A stretch of DNA of 63,364 bases, counting the filler, from Conidiobolus incongruus B7586 (lineage: Eukaryota): assembly GCA_000697335.1 (NCBI GenBank). It is 21 parts of 21 records of this genome, joined end to end, with 100 filler letters (N's around TTAATTAATTAA, not from the genome) between each part and the next. Parts side by side here need not be neighbours in the genome. Positions count along the whole stretch, not along the records: positions 25,337 to 27,640 come from JNEM01003983.1; positions 27,741 to 29,580 come from JNEM01003987.1; positions 29,681 to 31,117 come from JNEM01003989.1; positions 31,218 to 32,902 come from JNEM01003993.1; positions 33,003 to 34,021 come from JNEM01003994.1; positions 34,122 to 35,340 come from JNEM01003995.1; positions 35,441 to 36,630 come from JNEM01003999.1; positions 36,731 to 38,045 come from JNEM01004000.1; 13 more parts are not named here. The stretch is one strand, 5' to 3'. The notes under the pieces were generated by a model, which searched no databases, was not told where the DNA came from, and saw only the letters and a list, made by a program, of their open reading frames with translations. Both the position numbers and the translations under genes were made by a program. This document shows positions 26,837-39,719 of the stretch, one piece after another (within the stretch, counting starts at the first letter, position 1; every line of letters begins with the position of its first letter).

Positions 26837-27740
26837 TATTAAGCTTTAAACAAATGAATTATTACCAATTAAAATTACTCTAATAATAATTATTTCTTGA
26901 TTTTTTAATATAAAGTGGTTCAACATGCAAGTTCACCAATTCCAAATTTATATTTTAAAAAAATAAATAAAGATAAAATAAAAATAGAATTATTTTGATA
27001 ATTAATCATTTTGATATTCACTAACAGAATTCTATACTAATTGTAATTGCTTAAACTTTGCATAGTTTTTTATAATTTATCTTCAAAATGATATCTATAA
27101 AATATAAAGTTGAAAATTAGTCAAATATCTTTCCTTCAATGAATTTCTTTAATTTACTAGATCAATTATAATTACAAGGATATATATCTAGTAGATATTA
27201 TGGATATGATAATAAAGATCAGTTATTTTAATAAACAAATCTTTTATAATTTTTATTATATATATAATTATTATTAAATTATATAAATTATTATTTTATT
27301 GAATTTTTTTTATATCAATCTGTAATATTTATTTTTTAATAATCAATGATATATCTTATATTATTATAATTTACTTTTATTGAAAAAATTAATGGAATGA
27401 TATGATATTAATATTTATATCTAATAATGACATTTGGATTTTTTAAATAATTTTTGTTTTTAAATATATAATATTTATTTTAATTTTATAACTTAAACAT
27501 TCCTATTATTTTTTGATAATAAATTATATATTAAAGTAATTTTTAGGTTTATTATAAATATTATAATAATATAAATTTATATTAACTATAGTTTTATTAT
27601 TTATTTAAATTTGAGTTAATAAATATAATTTCTTTATTTTNNNNNNNNNNNNNNNNNNNNNNNNNNNNNNNNNNNNNNNNNNNNTTAATTAATTAANNNN
27701 NNNNNNNNNNNNNNNNNNNNNNNNNNNNNNNNNNNNNNNN

Positions 27741-29401
27741 ATTAATTTTATAATACTTAAATCTCTATCTAAAAAAGTTTATTTATATATTAATTAACTT
27801 TTTAATAAAAATAAATTAACTTGTAAAATTATTAAAATTACTAGTATTAGCTAATCTATTATAACTAAGGTTATTAAGAATAATGTTAAAAAAACACCTA
27901 AACTAAAACTTAAATATATTAAAATTATTAATATACATGATAAAAAAAATATTCATAAATTAATTAATATAGGTAAATATAATATTATTATAAAAATACA
28001 ATAAGAATTATAAAACTATATAGGAATAATTATTAGTATTAATATTATTATATATATTTTATATTAAAATAGATATCATTTATATTTTAAATAAAAACAC
28101 CCCCAATTAAAGAAGTTTTACTATAAAGTTAAATAAGAATTTAAATGTCAATATTAAAGTTAAACTAAAATTAACTAGAGTAAAGTTATTTAATCTAATA
28201 AAACAAAGATATATTTTAATAAATTTAATAGAAAAGCTAGATATTTTAAAAAAATAAAGAATTATTTTATAACCATTATTTTATTATAACCTAAAAATAT
28301 AATGGTAGGTTTATTATAATTTAGGTATATATATTATCTTTAGATATAAGATATTTTTATAAGGTTAATAAAAGAATTAATACTGAGATAAATTAAAGTA
28401 TTTTAAACAATAAATTAAAAAAAAACCATTAATTAATATAAGTTAAATAAATTAAATATTATTTTCTAACAAGATAATACCTTTTGTTATACTATAAATT
28501 TTACTATTAAAAGGTTTAAAAATAATAAAATTATTATTATAAAATAACCTCCTTAATCTCTTAATCTTAACCTAATTGAATATCTTTAGGATTAACTAAA
28601 AAAATCAATTAAAGCTTTCCCTTTAATAAAAAATTTAAATCAACTTTAAGAATATATTTAAGAAACTTGGAATAATATTAATCTTGCTTAATATAAGAAG
28701 CTAGTTGATTCTATACCCTATAAATTTAAAGAAGTTAAAAAAACAAAAGATAGATATACTAGATATTAATTTTTCTATCAATACTAAAACTTGCAAATTT
28801 ATAACTTATTTTAAATAAACTTTAAGTTTTAATATATCAATTAATAATTAATTAAATTTAACTTAATATATTATATTATAGATAAAAAATATATATTGAT
28901 TATATAGTTTAATATTAATTTATTTAAATTAGAATTAATTAAGATATTTGTTAAAAGACTAGTTTTCTAAATTTATATATATATTTTCATATAATTCAAT
29001 TAACTATAAATTATATGATTAATTTATACTTTTATAGCTAAATTAATTATATATATAGCATTGAATTATCTAATAAACCAGGTTCCTCTTTTTCCTCTCA
29101 ATTTTTACTATTCCTTACCTTTTTACTATTTCTAAGATTGAGACTACATCTTGTCAATATTACAGTATATTGGCACTACCTAATATAAATCTTAATATAT
29201 CGGTGACTCATCCCAGTACGAAGCTTAATTAAACTTTGTTTACATTTGCACGCTACAGCCACGTTATAATACCACGTTCCGTGTCACGCTATTCTTATAT
29301 TAAGTCTTCCTCTACACTATATTGGTATTTACCACTGTGCTTATAATATTAATAGAAATATTTATATTTTTAATTTTATAACTTATTTTTATAAGTTAGT
29401 A
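27741..29401 (+). mobile_element. Tc1-family DD34E transposon copy (subtype A), interrupted by a solo LTR
   Basis: Decodes to F*QDN...*PP*SLNLNLIEYL*D with exactly 34 codons between D and E. The right TIR resumes at ~29346 after the insertion. Confidence 0.9.
28949..29345 (+). mobile_element. Solo LTR (397 bp) with 5-bp TSD ATATT
   Basis: TGTT...TTATA (CA>TA) flanked by ATATT at 28944-28948 and 29346-29350. Removing it restores the Tc1 end seen at 32788-32805. Homologous to 39321-39719. The strand given is nominal. Confidence 0.85.
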
Positions 29402-29580
29402 TATAAAAGTTTTGTTATTTATATTCTTTTAACATATAAACTTATAAATTTATAGCTTAATTTAATTAAATTTTAGGTTTTGATATATTAATCAATAGTT
29501 AATAGAATATAATCAAATATAATTAATTATAATTAAATAATATAAGTAAATTATATATTTTGATTTAAATTTATTTAATT
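29402..29580 (-). mobile_element. Tc1 subtype A left-end fragment
   Basis: Reverse complement aligns to ~31348-31528 and stops at the TA where the 27741 copy ends. Confidence 0.75.
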
Positions 29581-29680
29581 NNNNNNNNNNNNNNNNNNNN
29601 NNNNNNNNNNNNNNNNNNNNNNNNTTAATTAATTAANNNNNNNNNNNNNNNNNNNNNNNNNNNNNNNNNNNNNNNNNNNN

Positions 29681-31097
29681 TTATATTTTTAATAATAACT
29701 TAATTAATATTTAATTAAATAAACTTAAATTTAATAATTAAAATCTATTATATTTATTAATTATATATATTATTAAATAATGATATTTAGTTATTAATTA
29801 GTTAAAATATAAACCCTTAAATTTTACCTAGGGTGAATTATAAATTTATAGGTTTTTAGTGATAAAAAAAAATTAAAATTTAATATATCTACCTTTAACT
29901 ATTCTAACTTTTTTAAGTTTGTGGGATATAAAATCAACTAACTTTTTATATTAAAAAGGGTTAATTTTATTCTATATTTCTTAAATATATTTTTAAAGTT
30001 GATTTAAATTTTTTATTAGGGGGAAAGCTTCAATAGTTTTTTTTAACTAATCTTAAAAATATTCAATTAGATTAAAATTAAAAAATTAAAGAAGCTACTT
30101 CATAACTATTATTTTGTTATTTTTAAACTATTTAATAATAAAAGTTATAGTATAACAAAAAACATTATTTTATTAGAAAATAATATTAGATTTGTTTAAC
30201 TTATATTATTCAATATTTTTTTTAATTTATTGTTTAGAATATTTTAATATATTTTAATATTAATTCCCTTATTAATTTTATAAAGATATCTTACACTTAA
30301 AGATAATATATATCCTTAAATAATAATTAACCTATTATAATACTTTTAGGTAAAATTAACATAATAGTTATAAAGTAGTTTTATACCTTTTTTAAAATAT
30401 TTAACTTTTTTATTAAATTTACTAAAATATTTTTTTTTATTAAACTAAATAACTTTATTTTAATTAATTTTAGTTTAATATTAATAATAACATTTAACCT
30501 TTTGTTTAACTTTACAGTAAGATTTCTTTAATTAAAAGTATTTTTTCTTAAAATATAAATGGTATCTATATTAATATAAAATATATATAATAAAATTAAT
30601 GTTAATTAATATTCTTATATAGTTTTATAGTTTTTGTTATATTTCTACAATAATACTACACTTACTTATATTAACTAACTTATAAATATACTTCTTATTA
30701 TATTTATTTATGATTTTAACATATTTAAGTTTAAGTTTAAATGTTTTTTTATTGTTATTTTTAACAACTTTAACTATAGTAAATTAACTAACATTAATAA
30801 TTTTAATAATATTATAAGTTAATTTATTTTCTTTATAAAGTTAATTAATACACAAGTAAATTTTTTTAAATAAGGATTTAAGTATAATAATACTAATAAA
30901 AAAATTTATTATATTTATAAAATATTATATAAAATAATAGCTAAGAGAGAAAAAAGATATAGTTATATATTGTTAAATATATCCTTTTATCTTAAAAACC
31001 TATAAATTTATAATTCACTTTAGTTAAATATTAAAGGTTAATATTTTTGCTAATAGTTTACTAAATATATTTAAATATATTTATTTATTATTAAATA
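29681..31097 (-). mobile_element. Tc1-family copy (subtype B)
   Basis: Reverse complement aligns along the whole transposase of 31600-32616, with B-type 5' and 3' non-coding flanks. Confidence 0.85.
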
Positions 31098-31277
31098 ATA
31101 TATCTTAATTATATATTNNNNNNNNNNNNNNNNNNNNNNNNNNNNNNNNNNNNNNNNNNNNTTAATTAATTAANNNNNNNNNNNNNNNNNNNNNNNNNNN
31201 NNNNNNNNNNNNNNNNNATATATAAATAAATTTTTTTAAAATAATTATAAATAAATAAATATATAAATATATATATA

Positions 31278-32846
31278 TACTAGCCCACAAAAATAAGTTA
31301 TAAAATTAAAATTACTTAAATATTTACTTATATCTTAAATAATTCCTAATTAAATAAATTTAAATTTAAATATATAATTTACCTATATTAATTAATTATA
31401 ACTAACTATATTTGATTATATTACATTAGCTTTTGGTTAATATATCAAAACCTAAAATTTAACTAAGGTGAGTTATAAATTTATAGGTTTATAAGTTAAG
31501 GGGGTATAAATAATAAAACTTATATATATCTTCTTTTCCTTTTGTTATATTATATATATTATAAAACTATTAAGCTAATATTTTAAAATTAATTTTATAA
31601 TACTTAAATCTCTCTCTAAAAAAGTTCATTTACATATTAATTAACTTTATAATAAAAATAAATCAACTTGTGAGATTGTTAGAATTATTAATATTAGCTA
31701 ATCTATTATAGTTAAGGTTATTAAGAACAATGCTAAAGAAACACCTAAACCAAAACTTAAGTGTGTTAAGATTATAGATAAATATGATAAAAAGTATATT
31801 TATAGATTAATTAGTATAGGTAAATATAATATTGCTATAGAAATATAACAAGAATTATAAGACTATACAAGAATATTAATTAGTACTAATACTATTATAC
31901 ATATTTTACATTAGAATAGATATTGCTTACACTTTAAGAAAAAACACCCCTAACTAAAGAAATCCTACTATAAAGCTAAGTGGGAGTTTAAATATCAATA
32001 CTAAAGTTAAATTAAAATTAACTAGAGTAAGGTTATTTAGTCTAATGAAACAAAAATATATTTTAATAAATTTAATAAAAAAGCTAGATGTTTTAAAAAA
32101 GATAAAAAACTATTTTATAACAATTATGTTATTATAACCTAAAAATATAATGGTAGATTAATTATAGTTTAGGGATGTATATTATCTTTAGGTGTAGGGT
32201 ATCTTTATAAGTTTAATAGGGGAATTAATGTTAAGATATACTAAAGTATTCTAAATAATAAATTGAAAAAAACTATTGAGTGGTATTGATTAAAAAAATC
32301 AAATATTATTTTCTAACAAAATAATACACTTTGCTATATTATAAATTTTATTATTAAATGGCTTAAAAATAACAAAATAACTATTATGAAATAGTTTCTT
32401 CAATCTTTTAATTTTAACCCAATTAAATATCCTTGGGATTAATTAAAAAAATCAATTAAAGCTTTCCCCCCAGTAAAAAATTTAAATCAACTTTAGGAGT
32501 ATATTCAAGAAGCTTAGAATAATATTAGTCTTGTTTAATATAAGAAGCTAGTTGACTCTATACCCCACAAACTTAAAGAAGTTAGAAAAGCAAAAGATAG
32601 ATATATTAGATAATAATTTTTCTATTAATACTAAAACTTGCAAATTTATAACTCATCTTAAGTATACTTTTAGTGTTAATATATCAATTAATAATTAATT
32701 AAATTTAACAATATATATTATATTATAAATAAAAAATATATATTAATTAAATAGTTTAATATAAGTTTATTTAAATTAGTATTGATTAAGATATTAATAG
32801 AAATGTATATATTTTTAATTTTATGGCTTATTTTTACAAGCTAGTG
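31278..32846 (+). mobile_element. Full-length Tc1-family transposon (subtype A), ~1.57 kb, TA target
   Basis: TIRs TACTAGCCCACAAAAATAAGTTATAAAATTAAAA and TTTTAATTTTATGGCTTATTTTTACAAGCTAGTG are both flanked by TA. The decayed ORF at 31600-32616 contains VI*SNETKI (WSDETKI), V*GCI, F*QNN (FQQDN), NPIKYPWD and LVDSIPHKL..V.KAK. Confidence 0.93.
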
Positions 32847-33002
32847 TATATATATATTAGTTTGTGAAAATAAGTTATAAAATTAAAAATATTTATTTTT
32901 TTNNNNNNNNNNNNNNNNNNNNNNNNNNNNNNNNNNNNNNNNNNNNTTAATTAATTAANNNNNNNNNNNNNNNNNNNNNNNNNNNNNNNNNNNNNNNNNN
33001 NN

Positions 33003-34018
33003 AATATTATTATAAAAATATAATAAGAATTATAAAACTATATAAAATTATTAGTTAATATTAATATTACTAAATATATTTTATATTAAAATAAATACCA
33101 TTTATATTTTAAGTAAAAATACCTTTAATTAAAGAAATTTTACTATAAAGTTAAATAAAAGTTTAAATGTCAATATTAAAGTTAAACTAAAATTAACTAG
33201 AATAAAGTTATTTAATTTAATAAAACAAAGATATATCTTAATAAATCTAATAAAAGAGTAAGATATTTCAAAAAAATAAAGCATTATTTTATAACCATTA
33301 TGTTATTATATCCTAAAAATATAATAATAAGTTAATTATAATTTAAAGTTATATATTATCTTTAGGTATAGGATATCTTTATAGGGTTGCTAAGGGAGTT
33401 AATACTAAAATATACTAAAATATTTTAAACAATAAATTAAACAAATTATTAAGTAATATAAGTTGAATAAATTAAATATTATTTTCTAATAAGATAATAC
33501 CTTTTGTTATATTATAAATTCTATTATTAAAGAGCTTAAAAATAATAAAATAAATATTATAAAATAATTTCTTTAATTTTTTAATTTTAACCTAATTAAA
33601 TATCTTTAGAATTAACTAAAAAAATCAATTAAAATTTTCCCCCTAATAAAAAATTTAGATTAACTTTAAAAGTATATTTATGAAGCTTCAAATAACATTA
33701 GTTTTGTTTAATATAAAAAGTTAATTAACTTTATACCTAACAAATTTAAAGAGGTTAGAAAAACAAAAAATAGATATATTAAATATTAATTTTTTCATTA
33801 ATATTAAAACCTACAAATTTTAACTCATTTTAAATATACTTTTAGTTTTAATATATCAATTAATAATTAATTAAATTTAACTTTAAATATTAGATTATAA
33901 ATAAAAAATATATATTAATTAAATAGTTTAATATAAGTTTATTTATATTAGAATTAATTAAGATAATAATAGAAATATTTATATTTCTAGTTTTAAGACT
34001 TATTTTTGTAAGCTAGTG
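33003..34018 (+). mobile_element. Tc1-family copy (subtype A), 5' part lost in a gap
   Basis: Aligns to ~31830-32846 and ends ...TTTTTGTAAGCTAGTG-TA. Confidence 0.88.
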
Positions 34019-34479
34019 TATNNNNNNNNNNNNNNNNNNNNNNNNNNNNNNNNNNNNNNNNNNNNTTAATTAATTAANNNNNNNNNNNNNNNNNNNNNNN
34101 NNNNNNNNNNNNNNNNNNNNNATATATTTTATATTTAAACCATCTTATTTAAGTATATTAAAATTATATAAATATATATAAATTCTAAAAAATAAATTTT
34201 TTATATTAAAACTTGAAATTACTTAGGATAAAGTAATTATAGCTTAAAACCCAGTAAAGATTTTCTAATATTTAATATATTAAATTAATTATTAAGTTAA
34301 TATCTTTCAAATGACCTTAATAAATAATTGACAAATATTTTTAATTTTATTAATTAAACTGAAATTTAAAATGATTTAATTAACCCAATAATTATATCTT
34401 TGTTATTTGATTTTTTAAGTGACTAATTCTTTAATTGACTATATAAATTTTATAATAATTTATTTAAATAATTTTTTCC

Positions 34480-34760
34480 TCTGAATTAAATTAACTAATT
34501 ATCTAGGCTTTTTTTCCTCTTTACTCTTATAATTTAATATTTTTTCTATTATTTCTAATATTAAGATTATATTCGATCAATATTATAATATATTGGTATT
34601 ATTTAATATCGCATTTAATATATTTATATTGACTTATTTATTTACAAAGCTTAATTAAACTTTGTTAATATTTATACCATTTTCTATATTATTGGTAATA
34701 TATTAATAGCCATATTACTTTTATATTAAGTTTTCCTTTATAATATTTTAGTTTTATTAT
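34480..34760 (+). mobile_element. Diverged relative of the 28949/39321 solo-LTR family
   Basis: Shares CAATATTA(C/T)A(G/A)TATATTGG, AAGCTTAATTAAACTTTGTT and TTATATTAAGT blocks in the same order. Ends not resolved. Confidence 0.6.
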
Positions 34761-36730
34761 CTTTATATTTATAAATATTTGTTAAATCATTATTAGCTAT
34801 TAGCTCCCTTAATATAATTCTTATTTAATATTATATTTTATTAATAAAATATAATTTAATTTTAATATAATAAAAAATTAAAGACAATATTTTCCCTTAA
34901 TTAAATTTATTATTAAAAACCCGATTAATTAAATTAAACCTGATTGATATTTTATCAGTCTAAATTTAATTGATATTATTATTATTTATCTATAAATACT
35001 AATGTCTATATTTTTTAATTAATTATTATAAAGACTCAGATCTTTCTTAATTTAGAAAAAACTTATTAATATAATTAAACTCTTTATATAACTAAAACTA
35101 TATATTTTATTTTAACTAGTATATATCTTAAAATTAAAATATAAAATTATTATAATTTCTTAAAAAATTGAAAACAGGCTTTGTTTATCTATAATTATTG
35201 ATATTTATAATAATTATTTATTTATATATTAGATATTTATAGAAACTGATAATTATTTAATATATCTATAAACTATTTACTAAACAATATTAAAATTAAT
35301 TAAAATTAATAAAAAATAAAAATAAATTATTAATATATTTNNNNNNNNNNNNNNNNNNNNNNNNNNNNNNNNNNNNNNNNNNNNTTAATTAATTAANNNN
35401 NNNNNNNNNNNNNNNNNNNNNNNNNNNNNNNNNNNNNNNNATATTAATTTATTATATATGGTTAAGTTATTTAATTTATATATATAAATAAATTAAAAAA
35501 AATTTACTTTATATAATAGTTAATATTAAATTATAATATTAGGGTAAATTTAATTCATATTAAATATAATACGAAATAAATTTTATATATTTATATAATA
35601 ACCTCATATACCTTTGTCTTTTATCTAAACTCTCATATAATTTATTTTTAATTCATCTTATTTATATTATCGAAGACTTTACCTCAATGAAAATAATCTT
35701 TTCCTTAATTTAGATAATAAAAGTTTTCTTAAATAAGGCAATTACCCTAGTTTCTAGAATTAGGATAATATAATAAATTACTCAAAAGATTAAGTAAAAA
35801 TATAAAAATAAAAATAACTTAATAAAAATATAACATATAATAAATAATTAAATTTAATAAATTATAACTCCTTTTATATTATTTTATATTAAAATTATTA
35901 ATATTTTAAGATTAAACTATTTTTTTAAATAAAATAATTTTTAATGATTATTTTGAATATAATATAAAAGTATTTTGTAATATTTTTGATAATTATAAGT
36001 TATATATATTTAAAGCTATTTAAAAATATATATTTTAAATTGACTAAAAAAATTATATATAATATATTCACCTAAATATAAGTTATATAATTATTATTAT
36101 TTTAGATAATTTAAAAACTAATTTATAAAAAATTTTAATAAATTTATTAATATTAAACTTAAGCGTTTAATATAATAATTGATTTTTTATTTTTAATCTT
36201 ATAAAATTCTAATAATTTAAATTTTATATTATCATTATTTGTTATTAAAATTTAGTTTATGAAAAACTAGGCTTTAAAAGTCCCATTTGGTTGATTACTT
36301 AGCTTAAATATATTATTTGAATTTAAATTGATATCTTATATTTAAATATTGAATTATTAATTAAATACCTGAAATTTATATTTGATTATAATAATTTTTT
36401 ATTAGAAAATTTTAATATTAATATTTAAACTAAATAATAATTATTAAATGATTTTTATTTTTATATTAGTAAAATTTAATCAAAAACATATTAAAAAATA
36501 TTTAAAGTTTACAAATAAATTATAAAGATAATATTATATTATATTAGATTTATGATTTTAAAGCTAAAAATGCTATTATTTAAAATTTTTAAAAATTTTT
36601 AAAAATTTAAAAATTAATTTTTATATTTATNNNNNNNNNNNNNNNNNNNNNNNNNNNNNNNNNNNNNNNNNNNNTTAATTAATTAANNNNNNNNNNNNNN
36701 NNNNNNNNNNNNNNNNNNNNNNNNNNNNNN

Positions 36731-38013
36731 TATTTAATAAATATATTAAATTTTTTTATTAGCATTATTATACTTAAATCCCTATATAAAAAAATTTATT
36801 TGTATATTAATTAACTTTATAGAAAAAATAAATTAACTTATGATATTGTTAGATTTAGTAGTGTTAGCTAGTTTATTATAGATAAAGTTATTAAGAATAA
36901 CAGTAAAGATATATTTAAACTTAAATTTAAGTATATTAAAATTATAGATAAATAAAATAAAAACTATATTTGTAGGTTAGTTAAGATAAGTAAGTATAAT
37001 ATTACTGTAAAAATACAACAAGAGCTATAAAACTATAGAAGAATTTTAGTTAATACTAATATTATTATATATGTTTTATATTAGTATAGATACCACTTAT
37101 ATCTTAAGAAAAAACACCCTTAATTAAAGAAATCCCATTATAAAGTTAAATGGGAGTTTAAATGTTGCCATTAATATTAAACTAAAACTAATTAAAATAA
37201 GGTTATTTAGTTTAATAAAACAAAAATATATCTTAGTAAATTTAATAAAAAAGCTAGATATTTTAGAAAAGATATAAAATTACTTTATAACTATTATATT
37301 AATTCTTTTTAAAAATATAATGATAAGTTAATTATTATTTAAAAATATATATTATCTTTAGATATAAAATATCTTTATAAAGTTAATAAGGGAATTAATA
37401 TTGAGATATATTAAAATATTTAAAATAATAAATTAAAAAACCATAGAATAATATAGGTTAAACATATCTAATATTATTTTTTAATTAAATAATACCTCTT
37501 GTTATATTATAGCTTTTATTACTAAATAGCTTAAAAATAATAAAATAATAATTATAAAGTAGTTTCTTTAATTTTTTAACTTTAACCTAATTAAATACCT
37601 TTGGGATTAGTTAAAAAAAGTTATTAAAATTTTCCCCTAAGAAAAAAATTTAAATCAACTTTAGAAATATATTTAAGAAGGATAGAATAAGATTTACACT
37701 TTTTAATATAAGAAGTTAGTTGATTCTATTCCCTATAAACTTAAAAAAGTTAGAAAAGTTAAAGGTAGATATATTAAGTTTTAATTTTTTTTTACACCAA
37801 AAACCCACAAATTTATAATTTATCTTAGTTAAAATTTAAAGGTTTATATTTTAACTAATTAATAGCTAAATATCATCATTTAATGATATATATTATTAAT
37901 AAATATAATAGATTTTAATTATTTAATTTAAACTTATTTTATTAAATATTAATTAAGTTATTAATAAAAATATAAGTGTTTTTGATTTTATGACTTATTT
38001 TTATAAGTTAGTA
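36731..38013 (+). mobile_element. Tc1-family copy (subtype B)
   Basis: Decayed transposase at ~36770-37783 and a right TIR ...TTTTATGACTTATTTTTATAAGTTAGTA-TA. Confidence 0.88.
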
Positions 38014-39320
38014 TATATTAAGTGAAAATTATTAAAGTATTATATNNNNNNNNNNNNNNNNNNNNNNNNNNNNNNNNNNNNNNNNNNNNTTAATTAATTA
38101 ANNNNNNNNNNNNNNNNNNNNNNNNNNNNNNNNNNNNNNNNNNNNTATAGAGTTATTAATATAAGAATTATAATAAAATAAAATAAAAAATTTATTTTTG
38201 TTTTAATATTATTAATCTTTTGGCATATTTTGATATACTTTTAATATTTCAATTATAAATTAATAAAAACTAAAATTTAATATTTTATAAATTGATTTGT
38301 TTATTGGAATTTATTCTAGCAGTTATATTTTTTAAATATATAAAATAATTATAATTATATAGAATATAATTTGATAAGTATATAGGATTTAATAATTTTT
38401 AATAATTATGATAAAGATCCTTTTTATTTTAAGCTTAATATATATTCTACAATTAATACATAAAATCTAAATATTTTTAATATAGATAAAAAACCAGTTA
38501 AGGATTATTCTATATAAAGAATAATATAAAAGTTATTATCAATTAATTTAATTTCAGAAAATATATTAGCAAAATTTATAATATTATAATTTATTAGGGT
38601 TATTAAGATTTAATTATCAATGAAATATATTAAACTAAAATTTATAAAAGGTAATATATTAGCTCAATCTAATACTCTATTGTATTTTTAAATAAAACAT
38701 AAATAATAAAATTTATGATTTATTAATTTTATTGATTTGAATATATAACCTTTAGCTTTTGGTTAAATTTAATATATTTTATTTGACTTTAGCTATTTTT
38801 ATATTTAGTTTTTTTAAATAATAATAAATTTAATCTGAATTATTATTAATTAATTAAAGTATAAATATCCATAAATATAACATATTAATATAATCTATAT
38901 TTTATTTGTCGAGAAAATTATTTAACTTTAATAAAAAAATAATTTGAATATCTTTTAATTCTATTTAAAAATAAAATATTCGGAGCTAAAATTAATTTTT
39001 TGAGTTTTATTAAATCTTAAATAAAATCCTTTTAAAATATTTAATTTAATAATAAAAATAGTTTTAAATAAATTATCATCATTCAAATTTATTTATAGAT
39101 CTTATATCAATATAAAGAGTTTAGGGTTAAGTTTTAAAATTATTAAAATAAAAAAAACTGATAATTATTATTAGGTTTAAATATAATGAAATTTAACTTT
39201 CATTATCAAATTAAAAATAAATTAATAATTTAAATATATATATATATATATATATTGGAAATATTAATCCTCTTTTTATTATATATATCTTTAATTTTTT
39301 AAATATATTTATATATTTAC

Positions 39321-39719
39321 TGTAAGTATAGTGGTAACATACCAATATAATACAAAAGAAGACTTAATATAAAAGTAATGTGACACAGAATATAGTATTA
39401 TAATATGGTTGTAGTATGCAAATATAAACAAAGTTTAATTAAGCTTTAAACTAGGATGAGTCACTAATATATTAGATTTATAATAGATAGCACCAATATA
39501 TTATAATATTAACAAAATATAGTTTCAATCTTAAAAATAATATAAAAGATAAGGAATAGTAAGAAATTAAGAGAAAAAAGAAGAACCTAGTTTATTAGAT
39601 AATTCAATACTATTTATATAATTAATTTAGCTATAAAAGTATAAATTAATTATATAATTTATAGTTAATTAAATTATAAAGAAATATATATAAGAATTTA
39701 GAAAACTAGTCTCTTAATA
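39321..39719 (-). mobile_element. Solo LTR (399 bp), inverted homolog of 28949-29345
   Basis: TGTAAG...TTAATA on the + strand. TSD TTTAC/TTTAT differs by one transition. Full-length alignment to the 28949 copy. Confidence 0.85.
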
